DNA from: Bacteriovoracaceae bacterium | Lineage (GTDB): Bacteria; Bdellovibrionota; Bacteriovoracia; Bacteriovoracales; Bacteriovoracaceae | Assembly: GCA_048270185.1 (NCBI GenBank) | Contig: JBLWTJ010000001.1 | Span: 1,632,001 to 1,696,000, forward strand | Direction: 5' to 3' | Length of the DNA: 64,000 nt | Shown: positions 10,692 to 19,171 of the stretch, in pieces | Layout of the letters: every line of letters starts with the position of its first letter | How positions within the stretch are numbered: the stretch's first letter is position 1 | The notes under the pieces: generated by a model | Database searches by the model: none | Seen by the model: the letters and a program-made list of their open reading frames with translations, nothing else | Told to the model about the DNA's origin: nothing | Program-made: the position numbers and the translations under genes

Positions 10692-11723
10692 ATGAGTAGA
10701 CATTATTTAAGGATAGAGCTTATTGTGAGATTTTTAAGAACACCATTAAGAAGACTAGCAAAGTATCTTATCGTGAATCGAAATTCACATAAGACACTTC
10801 AAGACGTCAATTCTGCGACTCCTATTTATAAATTAGGAACACAGACACTAATGGATTCAAAATTTCCAATACAAATTAATTTAGAGGCCTCTAGAGCCTG
10901 TAATCTCAAATGTCCATTTTGCGCGAGAGAGGATGCTACTAGCGGAACACATATTGATCTCAAAATTGTTCAAAAAGTAGTAGAGGAGGCAAAAAAATAC
11001 GGCCCAACCGTCTTTGCCCTCCATATTTGGGGAGAACCTCTTATCAACCCTAAATGGGATGAGATTGTCCACATTATTAAATCTTCAAACAAGTCTAATG
11101 GTGTAACTATTACAACAAACGGCACACTCTTTACCCCAAAAAATATCGAAAAGCTTAAGAGGGACAAAGTAGATCAACTTATTATTAGTCTTCATACTCT
11201 TGACTCAAAGACTTATCCAATTCGAGTAGGCAAAGATATATCACTTCAAGATCAATTGGATTCACTTAGAGAGTTGGCGATACAAACCAAGAATTTATCG
11301 ATGGTTAAAGTCATACGTCTATTTGAAACGAAAGAAGATAAGATTACTCAAACGCAACTTATCAGTGAACTAAAAGAACTAGGCTACAATTTTGAAATAA
11401 CTGAATATGATAATTCGGCCGGTTTTAGAGATGACTGGTCAACAATTGAAACAAAAGAAAAGAGATGGCCTTGCTATCACCCATGGTTAACTGCCTCTGT
11501 TACAGTCCATGGAGATGTTACCATTTGCTGTGTGGATCCAATCAATCAACTTAAAATTGGTAATATTCAAAATGAAGATTTGAACTCGATGTGGACAGGA
11601 AGAAGACTGCAAGAAATAAGACATCAACATCTTAAACAAGAATTTGAATCAAATTGCTCAATATGTGAAAAGTGTGATACTTGGGCTGCTAAACCCGATT
11701 TCTTTTTTAATTTTCAAAAGTAG
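10692..11723 (+). CDS. Radical SAM/SPASM domain protein
   Basis: CNLKCPFC, WGEPL, TNGTL, PCYHPW, GDVTICC, CEKC. Confidence 0.9.
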   Translation: MSRHYLRIELIVRFLRTPLRRLAKYLIVNRNSHKTLQDVNSATPIYKLGTQTLMDSKFPIQINLEASRACNLKCPFCAREDATSGTHIDLKIVQKVVEEAKKYGPTVFALHIWGEPLINPKWDEIVHIIKSSNKSNGVTITTNGTLFTPKNIEKLKRDKVDQLIISLHTLDSKTYPIRVGKDISLQDQLDSLRELAIQTKNLSMVKVIRLFETKEDKITQTQLISELKELGYNFEITEYDNSAGFRDDWSTIETKEKRWPCYHPWLTASVTVHGDVTICCVDPINQLKIGNIQNEDLNSMWTGRRLQEIRHQHLKQEFESNCSICEKCDTWAAKPDFFFNFQK

Positions 11724-12675
11724 AATAAGCTTTAAAAATAACTGAATGGATATTCATAAGTGTTGTAAAATTGCTCCAGCGCTCAGTATTAAAGTCCTCT
11801 AATGCTAACTTTGTTTCATACTCAATTGAACGATGACACAAATCAACATCAATCTTTGTAGAGTTTCCATCGTAAGTCTCATAGTGAACGACATTGTCAA
11901 ATGCATCAGTACGATAGATACCTTGAGGAGTCTTAACTTCAATATCAGCATATCCTACAGCTCTCTTCCATGAAGAAGAAATCGAAATAGATGGGCAGCG
12001 ACTACTTGATACCTGCAAAGATATATCATCCTCGATATTATTTAAACACTGCGAGACCTTGTCGATACAACTAAATCTTAATTCGCCAAACATGTTATTC
12101 AGGTAAGAGAGACAGTGGATACCATTATCAAGAAGAGTCCCTCCACCAGAAAGTGCATGATCTTTATTCCATTTTTTTAAAACAGTGCCATCGTGACCGA
12201 TACTTGCACATACCTCAAGAATATCCTCACCCTTGATTAAATCTGTCATTTTCATAAAACTAGGAAAATAGCGAAGATTTGAGCCCATTCTGATATTGGC
12301 CTTAAAAGCCTTGCTCTTCATATTTAAGGCTTCAAGCTCCTTTAAATTTATACATAGAGGTTTCTCAACAAAAACTTTTATATCTAAATCACATATTTTA
12401 TTAACAAGGCCATAGTGTTGATGATTTGGAATACTAAGAAAAATAATATCCGAATTAGTAAGAACTTCATTATCAACAGATTTCTTAAAGATAACATTCT
12501 TAAATTGATGTAAGAGAACATCATCTTTAGTTAAACCCTTAAAGTCGAGATCAACGAGGTAAAGGTTGGCTATTTTAGTACTGTATTTCGAAAAAGAGGC
12601 AATTCTCTTTTTTCCATAATTACCAATTCCAACAACGGCAATATTCATGCTTGAATTGATTATTTCTGTACTCAT
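11707..12675 (-). CDS. Gfo/Idh/MocA oxidoreductase
   Basis: VGIGNYG, PNHQH, EKP, SGGGTLLDNGIH. Confidence 0.88.
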   Translation of the reverse strand: MSTEIINSSMNIAVVGIGNYGKKRIASFSKYSTKIANLYLVDLDFKGLTKDDVLLHQFKNVIFKKSVDNEVLTNSDIIFLSIPNHQHYGLVNKICDLDIKVFVEKPLCINLKELEALNMKSKAFKANIRMGSNLRYFPSFMKMTDLIKGEDILEVCASIGHDGTVLKKWNKDHALSGGGTLLDNGIHCLSYLNNMFGELRFSCIDKVSQCLNNIEDDISLQVSSSRCPSISISSSWKRAVGYADIEVKTPQGIYRTDAFDNVVHYETYDGNSTKIDVDLCHRSIEYETKLALEDFNTERWSNFTTLMNIHSVIFKAYSTFEN

Positions 12676-12712
12676 AGGGAAGCCCTTTCTTGACTTGATA
12701 AATATAGTTTAA

Positions 12713-13693
12713 TTGCTAAAATTATACCTAAGTCATTTAATAAACAAAAGTTGGAAAACCTTGAAAAAGAAAATATCTGTTATCTACTCATTTAGAAATG
12801 AAGAAGAGAATATCAAAGAACTAATAAGAAGGTCACAAAGTACTCTCGAAAAGAGTGGACATGACTTTGAAATTATCTTCGTTAATGATAACTCAAGTGA
12901 TAATTCGAGAGCAATTCTAGAAGAGGTGATGTCATCAAATGATAAAATCAAATTAATAAATAACAGTAATCGCTTTGGGCAGGCACAAGGCACATTAGCG
13001 GGAATGCAATATGCAACAGGTGACGCTATTATCTATCTTGACTCTGACCTGCAAGATCCACCAGAGCTATTCATTGAACTTATTAGTAAATGGGAGCAAG
13101 GCTTTGAAGTTGTTCATACACGTCGAACGAAGAGACGTGGAGAAAGTCTCGCTAAGATGATTCTGACACGTATTGCCTATCGAATTATTAATAAGCTCTC
13201 ATTCATTAATATTCCAATTAATTGCGGTGATTTTAAGTTAGTCGATCGAAAGGTTGTCAACGAACTATTGAAAGTTCAAGAAGAGGAACCATACTTAAGA
13301 TCAATAATCTCATGGATTGGTTACAGACAAGCTTTTATTGACTATGAAAGAGATGCTCGTGGAGCTGGGAAAACACATTTTCCACTTTGGGGACTAAATC
13401 CATTTGAAACTTTCTTTATTGGTCTGACTTCTTTCTCAGTTTTCCCTCTTTATCTACCAATAATTTTCACCTTATTTTCATTTGCAATAATGATAGTGGC
13501 CGTAGCTTATTTTTATTTTCAAACAAGTCCAATAAGAGATATACACTACATTATTTTTGCCATTCACTGTGCTTTAAATATTATTTTGACTTGCTTCTCT
13601 ATTTTTGGAGTTTATTTAGCACGCATACATATGCAATCAAGAGGTCGTCAACACTTCATCATTGAAAGTATATTAGGGTTTGAGAATGAATAA
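12713..13693 (+). CDS. GT2 undecaprenyl-phosphate glycosyltransferase (GtrB/ArnC-like)
   Basis: NEEENI, NDNSSD, DSDLQDPPE, GDFKL, R.AG.T, two C-terminal TM helices; start probably TTG 12761. Confidence 0.9.
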   Translation: MLKLYLSHLINKSWKTLKKKISVIYSFRNEEENIKELIRRSQSTLEKSGHDFEIIFVNDNSSDNSRAILEEVMSSNDKIKLINNSNRFGQAQGTLAGMQYATGDAIIYLDSDLQDPPELFIELISKWEQGFEVVHTRRTKRRGESLAKMILTRIAYRIINKLSFINIPINCGDFKLVDRKVVNELLKVQEEEPYLRSIISWIGYRQAFIDYERDARGAGKTHFPLWGLNPFETFFIGLTSFSVFPLYLPIIFTLFSFAIMIVAVAYFYFQTSPIRDIHYIIFAIHCALNIILTCFSIFGVYLARIHMQSRGRQHFIIESILGFENE

Positions 13694-14624
13694 TAAAATA
13701 TTAGTGACAGGTGCTTCAGGTTACATTGGAAGCCTTCTTTGTGAAAAACTTTTAAACGAAGGTCACGAGGTTTATGCTTTAGATAATCTAAGATATTCAC
13801 AACAATCTCTCTTCAATCTATGCCATCATAAGAAGTTTAACTTTATTAAAGGTGATGCAAGAGACCAAAAGCTTATAACTGAAGTCATGAAGAAAGTAGA
13901 TATCATCTTCCCTCTTGCTTGTCTTGTTGGTGCACCTTTATGTGACAAGGCACCAAAAGAAGCACAGGAAGTAAACTCTGATGCTATTAGATATATTTGC
14001 GAGAATAAATCAAAGAGTCAAAAAATCATCTATCCGACAACAAATAGTGGCTATGGAACAAAAACTAGTGACATCCACTGTGATGAAACCACTCCATTAG
14101 AGCCTATATCAATTTATGGTACAACAAAGGTTGAAGCCGAAAAAATTGTATTAAGCACAGAGAACACAGTAGCCTTTAGGCTTGCTACTGTTTTTGGTAT
14201 GTCACCAAGAATGAGATTAGACCTACTCGTGAATGACTTTGTTTACCGTGCTGTTAAAGAAAAATATCTTGTGCTCTATGAAAAAGGTTTCAAACGTAAT
14301 TATATTCATATTAGGGATGTCATTGACTGTTTTGATTACACAATTAACAACTTCAATAAGATGCAAGGAGAGGTCTATAACCTAGGGCTCGACGAGGCAA
14401 ATCTTAACAAAGAAGAACTTGCTCTTGAGATAAAAAAGAAGATCCCCGATTTAAATATTATATCTTCTGAATTCAATAGTGATATTGATAAAAGAAATTA
14501 TATTGTTTCTAATGAAAAATTGATTAAGCAAGGCTTTAAGGCACAAAGAAGTATTCAAGATGGGATTGAAGAGCTCATCAAGGGCTATCAAATGTTTAGA
14601 AGAAATGAATTCTATAATATCTAA
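13680..14624 (+). CDS. NAD-dependent nucleotide-sugar epimerase/dehydratase
   Basis: VTGASGYIG, YGTTK, RLATVFG.SPRMRLDL. Confidence 0.9.
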   Translation: MRMNNKILVTGASGYIGSLLCEKLLNEGHEVYALDNLRYSQQSLFNLCHHKKFNFIKGDARDQKLITEVMKKVDIIFPLACLVGAPLCDKAPKEAQEVNSDAIRYICENKSKSQKIIYPTTNSGYGTKTSDIHCDETTPLEPISIYGTTKVEAEKIVLSTENTVAFRLATVFGMSPRMRLDLLVNDFVYRAVKEKYLVLYEKGFKRNYIHIRDVIDCFDYTINNFNKMQGEVYNLGLDEANLNKEELALEIKKKIPDLNIISSEFNSDIDKRNYIVSNEKLIKQGFKAQRSIQDGIEELIKGYQMFRRNEFYNI

Positions 14625-15306
14625 GATCACACCTATTATACTTTGCGGTGGATTAGGTACTCGTTTTCAAGAGATTAACTCCAATCTCCCTAAAGCCCTT
14701 TATCCAATAAAGAGTAAACCATTTATTCATAACCTTTTTGAACAGCTTATCAATGAGGGATTTAATTATACAATACTTTCAACCGGTCATTTAGCAAACC
14801 TTATCGAAGAGAAGATTGGTACCAAGTATAAAAGCCTTCATATTGATTACATAAGAGAAGAATCTCCTCAAGGTACAGGAGGAGCTATATTAAATTGTAT
14901 CAACAAAGTAACAACAGACTTTATTTTAGTTCTTAATGGTGATTCAATATTAAATGATGGCTTCACATCTCTTCTTAATAAACTTGAAAACTCAATCCTA
15001 TTAGCGAATCGCGTTCAACAATACGACTATACAAAACTTGGTCAAGTGATTGTCAAAGAGGGACAAGTTATTAGGTTTGAAGAAAAGTCTCAAGATATCG
15101 TCAGTGACTACGTTAACACTGGCATCTATTTAATTAAGAAGCAAGATTTACTCAATATAGATAAGAATGGACGTCCTCTCTCTTTAGAAAGAGACCTCAT
15201 AAATAACATTATTTACAAAGGCCTTTCATATAAAATAACAGATAACGCCATTTTAGATATTGGTACTAAAGGATCTTTGGAATTCACACTTAAGAATATT
15301 TCTTAA
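14605..15306 (+). CDS. Sugar-1-phosphate nucleotidyltransferase (HddC-like)
   Basis: LCGGLGTR, LPKAL, GTGGA, NGD, EEK, DIG; ATG 14605 chosen over ORF-track 14560. Confidence 0.85.
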   Translation: MNSIISKITPIILCGGLGTRFQEINSNLPKALYPIKSKPFIHNLFEQLINEGFNYTILSTGHLANLIEEKIGTKYKSLHIDYIREESPQGTGGAILNCINKVTTDFILVLNGDSILNDGFTSLLNKLENSILLANRVQQYDYTKLGQVIVKEGQVIRFEEKSQDIVSDYVNTGIYLIKKQDLLNIDKNGRPLSLERDLINNIIYKGLSYKITDNAILDIGTKGSLEFTLKNIS

Positions 15307-16252
15307 GGCCATCAGCAATCAATTGATCGACTAGTTTTTCGCCCGTTATCTTTGGATCAAAACCGAAAGTCTCCTTTGCCTTTGTTATATCTCCACATAA
15401 TCGGCCATTATCACTTGGTCTTTCAAACTTCTTATTATAAGTGACATAGTCTTCATAGTTGAGATTAAAATATGAGAAAGAATACTTTAGAGCATCTCTT
15501 AAACTTATAGGATTACTTGAAGCTACAATAAAGTCAGAAGGAGTATCAAGTTGCATAATATTCCAAGCTGCCTCCATATATTCTGGTGCAAATCCATAGT
15601 CTACCTCAATATCAATTGGGCCAAGTTCTAATTTATCTTGTAGACCTTTACTAATACGAATCGCTGAATTAACGATCTTATTAATCGCATAATCGTCATT
15701 CTTTCTCTCTGAAGTATGATTGTAGAAGAAGGCGGATGATGCATGGATATTAAAAGCATCTCGATAGTAACGAACTAGGCTATAGGCCATCACCTTTGCA
15801 GCGGCATAAGGACTTTGAGGATAGAAAGCTTCATCTTCATTTTGTATCATGGTTTTAGTCTTACCAAACATATGAGATGTTAATGGCTGAAAATATTTAA
15901 TCTCATTCGGATTAATTTGTTTAATAATTTCTAGAATTACACCTACTGCTTTTCCGGTAATATCACAGGAATATCCAACAGAATCGTAACTCCATCCGAC
16001 ATGATCCTGATCGGCCTCGTTATATATTTCTAAAGCTCCTGACTGGTTGATAGCACGATAAAGTGAAGTTGCATCATCAAGATCTCCCTGATGAACAACA
16101 ATATCCTTAAGAATATGATCAATATTCTTCGTATTCCCAGTGGCCGAACGTCTAATTAAACCGTGTACTTCGTAATTCTTTTCTAATAGATTCTCTGCAA
16201 GATAACTTCCATCCTGTCCCGTAACACCAAAAATTAATGCTTTCTTCTTCAT
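15290..16252 (-). CDS. GDP-mannose 4,6-dehydratase-like SDR (atypical active site)
   Basis: GVTGQDGSYLAE, SPYAAAK, NH.S.R, RP.D; TSHMFG where Gmd has TSELFG. Confidence 0.8.
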   Translation of the reverse strand: MKKKALIFGVTGQDGSYLAENLLEKNYEVHGLIRRSATGNTKNIDHILKDIVVHQGDLDDATSLYRAINQSGALEIYNEADQDHVGWSYDSVGYSCDITGKAVGVILEIIKQINPNEIKYFQPLTSHMFGKTKTMIQNEDEAFYPQSPYAAAKVMAYSLVRYYRDAFNIHASSAFFYNHTSERKNDDYAINKIVNSAIRISKGLQDKLELGPIDIEVDYGFAPEYMEAAWNIMQLDTPSDFIVASSNPISLRDALKYSFSYFNLNYEDYVTYNKKFERPSDNGRLCGDITKAKETFGFDPKITGEKLVDQLIADGLKKYS

Positions 16253-17502
16253 TCTAAAATCCTAAAGTTTGGTAGTGGAACAATAAACTTTCCACCCTTG
16301 TGCCTCCACTCACTTTCTCTCTCATACATTTCTTCGATAAATGTATAAGGAAGAACAAGAAAGTAATCAGGTTGAACTTTTCTAGCTTCATCTTCACTAT
16401 AACATTTTATTTTTGAACCAATCGTATACTTACCCCATTTCTCTGGACTTCTTTCGGCTGCACCATCGATTAGACTTGAATCCAGGCCATAGTATTGGAG
16501 AATCGTGTTTCCCTTAGTTGATGCTCCGTAAACCCATACAGACTTTCCTTGTGCCTTAGCTTCTTTAATAAAACTTAAGCACTTAGATTTCTCATCTTCG
16601 ATACTTTTGAAAAAATTATTAATTTCTTCTTCACTACATTCTTCTGCAAAATATTGATCAATTCTATCTTGAGATACAATATCAACTAGTGAATCCCCTA
16701 TTTTTCTAGTGGCAATCCTGAAACTTCCGTTATTTACATCATTCTTTTGAATGTCGATAATCTCAAGTCCATTTTTTTCAAATAAATACTTAAGTGACTC
16801 GAGAGTATAATACTCTAAATGCTCATGATTAATATTTCCAAGATCTCTCGTTTCAATCATATTCTTTAAACACATAAGTTGCGTAACAAAGATACCTCCA
16901 TCTGCTAACGCAGCATATGCATCTGCAATAAACTGATTTGGATCTTCAAGATCATAGAACATTCCAATGGCCGTAATAATCTTGGCTTTTTTCTTCGTTA
17001 CTTGTTCAAAGCTACTTAATTGCCAAAAATCCTCTATTAAATGATCAACACCTCGACTTCCTTCTTCTTTCAAGTTTGTCGCAGGTTCAACACCTATTTT
17101 AAAAATATCTAAACTAGATGGGTATTGCCTTAAGAGAGTTCCATCATTAGATCCAATATCAAGAACGATATCACCCTTTTCTAAGGTCACAATATTCATA
17201 CTGTATTTAACAATATCTTCTAATGCCAATTTCATCATATCCGTAACACCTGAGCGATACCAATAAAAGCGACTATAAAGAATTTCTTGAGGTGCCGTAT
17301 GGCGTAATTGAATAAGACTACAAGAGTCACATCTCACTAGTTCTAAAGGAGCCTTTGGGTATTTCGAGTGGTCTTCTTCTTCCACAAAATTATTAACATA
17401 GTGAGTACCAAGATCAGCAACATCTTTTAACGAAGAATTTCCGCAAATACGACAAGAGAAGCATGTTGTGTAATCAGATTTAGAAAAATTTCCTTTTATC
17501 AT
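16249..17502 (-). CDS. NDP-sugar C-methyltransferase (TylC3/NovU type)
   Basis: Zn motif CRIC...CDSC, DIGSNDGTLL, HEHLEYY, YGASTKG, GGKFIVPLP. Confidence 0.9.
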   Translation of the reverse strand: MIKGNFSKSDYTTCFSCRICGNSSLKDVADLGTHYVNNFVEEEDHSKYPKAPLELVRCDSCSLIQLRHTAPQEILYSRFYWYRSGVTDMMKLALEDIVKYSMNIVTLEKGDIVLDIGSNDGTLLRQYPSSLDIFKIGVEPATNLKEEGSRGVDHLIEDFWQLSSFEQVTKKKAKIITAIGMFYDLEDPNQFIADAYAALADGGIFVTQLMCLKNMIETRDLGNINHEHLEYYTLESLKYLFEKNGLEIIDIQKNDVNNGSFRIATRKIGDSLVDIVSQDRIDQYFAEECSEEEINNFFKSIEDEKSKCLSFIKEAKAQGKSVWVYGASTKGNTILQYYGLDSSLIDGAAERSPEKWGKYTIGSKIKCYSEDEARKVQPDYFLVLPYTFIEEMYERESEWRHKGGKFIVPLPNFRILE

Positions 17503-17512
17503 TTCTAACCTT

Positions 17513-19168
17513 TTATTTTGCTATTCTTTTAAATTTGAAAGCCCATAGTATTTTATCGCTTCCCTTTTCTCTTTGAAAGAATTTATTCTGATAAATCTCT
17601 ATTCCATTAATTGAAGCCAATTTAATTATTTCTTCCGGTTTTAGCTCTCCCCAAAGGAGATACCAACCAGACCAAGAGTCTTTGACAGGGACAACAAAGT
17701 CTCCTTTTTCTACGAAGTGTAGAACGTGAAGAAAAGAATCAAATTTACCATCATCAATTAAGTTATATAAATGAACAGGTGTAACCTGCTCTCTAGATAC
17801 ATATTCATAGCGACCGACATCACTTACCCCAATAGTAAAAGGACTCCTAATACCTTGTTCATTTGCATAATCAATATAGGATTGTGTTAGTTTCATATCG
17901 TGCCAACTAACTGGTGTTGTTGAATTATACGCAATCATTGCACTTATTAGCTGGGTGACAATAATGGCCACAATTGTAACAGCTATTGCCTTAAACCTCT
18001 CATAGCGAAGTAGTAGCTTATGAATAATAATCCCCAACATAAAACTGGCCAATAAGCTCATCGGATAGAGGTATATTTCGTAATTACCATTTAGTTGAAG
18101 AGAGAAAAGTAAACTTATATTAAATAGTAAGAGCGCAATAGAGCCTCTTAACAGTAATGAACCTCTTGCGCCCTTTTCTTTGATATCTATATATAAAAAA
18201 TAAGAAAAAGAAATTAGACCTAGAATAATAAGTACATAAGAAAGAATAGATAAGTTCGAGATTCGATAGTTTTGATAAAAGTTAATATCAGTAAAGTAAG
18301 ATACTATTAATTTATCATAAGTAAAAAATCTTGCTAGAGTGATAAAGTATTTAGAGAAATCAATAGTACCTGCGTACATTTGCGCTTCGTTCGCAAGACT
18401 TCCCCACTCCATCATTATAAATTGAGGTAGAGCTCCTATAATAAAGGGTACAACTATAATTCTCCTATTCTTCCAAAAAACTTCAAAGTAAAGTACTAAA
18501 ATTGCAATAAAAGACCAAAGAAAGTTCAAACGAATATAGAAGCCAAAACCTAAGATAAAACCGACCGCAGCTAACTTCCAAACTTCTTGTCTCTTTGATG
18601 CCAGAATATTGAAGCAAATCAACATAAAGACATTCATAATTGGCTCTGTAACAAAGATTGCAAAAGAAAAATATTCTCTAACATCAATCACAAATAGTAA
18701 TGATGCTATTAGAGTGAGAGACAAACTATTGAAAGATATCCATACCCACCTTATAAATAAGTAAAGACAGAGAGTACCAAACAACAAATGCCACAAAAGG
18801 AAGCCGTACTTAGGGCCAAATATTTTTGACCATTGCCCAAATAAGAAGACACTTAATCCACCATGTTTCTCTTCTAACATTAGAGGTAATATCCTCTTAC
18901 TTCCTGCAAATTTATAATTATATACGGGAGGTAAACTATCATATTTGAAACCTGAATCTACTTTCGAGATTTCTCTGAATGACAATTCTGAAAATTTCAG
19001 TTCATTGTAATTATCAACCGAAGTAACAACATTAGGTTTTGCGGAAAGAACACCATTAAAGCTATCAGAAGAAACAAGTGGATTTGTTTGAAAGAAAGAA
19101 AAATAAACCAGTATATATGAAAATATACTGGTTATGATTATGTATTTAAGATTATATTTTGCTTTCAA
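17513..19168 (-). CDS. Polytopic membrane protein, ArnT/PMT-like (GT-C) glycosyltransferase candidate
   Basis: One TM, a long loop with acidic residues, about ten further hydrophobic segments (G..LG.GFY.R.NF) and a soluble C-terminal tail; family assignment is inference. Confidence 0.6.
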   Translation of the reverse strand: MKAKYNLKYIIITSIFSYILVYFSFFQTNPLVSSDSFNGVLSAKPNVVTSVDNYNELKFSELSFREISKVDSGFKYDSLPPVYNYKFAGSKRILPLMLEEKHGGLSVFLFGQWSKIFGPKYGFLLWHLLFGTLCLYLFIRWVWISFNSLSLTLIASLLFVIDVREYFSFAIFVTEPIMNVFMLICFNILASKRQEVWKLAAVGFILGFGFYIRLNFLWSFIAILVLYFEVFWKNRRIIVVPFIIGALPQFIMMEWGSLANEAQMYAGTIDFSKYFITLARFFTYDKLIVSYFTDINFYQNYRISNLSILSYVLIILGLISFSYFLYIDIKEKGARGSLLLRGSIALLLFNISLLFSLQLNGNYEIYLYPMSLLASFMLGIIIHKLLLRYERFKAIAVTIVAIIVTQLISAMIAYNSTTPVSWHDMKLTQSYIDYANEQGIRSPFTIGVSDVGRYEYVSREQVTPVHLYNLIDDGKFDSFLHVLHFVEKGDFVVPVKDSWSGWYLLWGELKPEEIIKLASINGIEIYQNKFFQREKGSDKILWAFKFKRIAK

Positions 19169-19171
19169 ACC

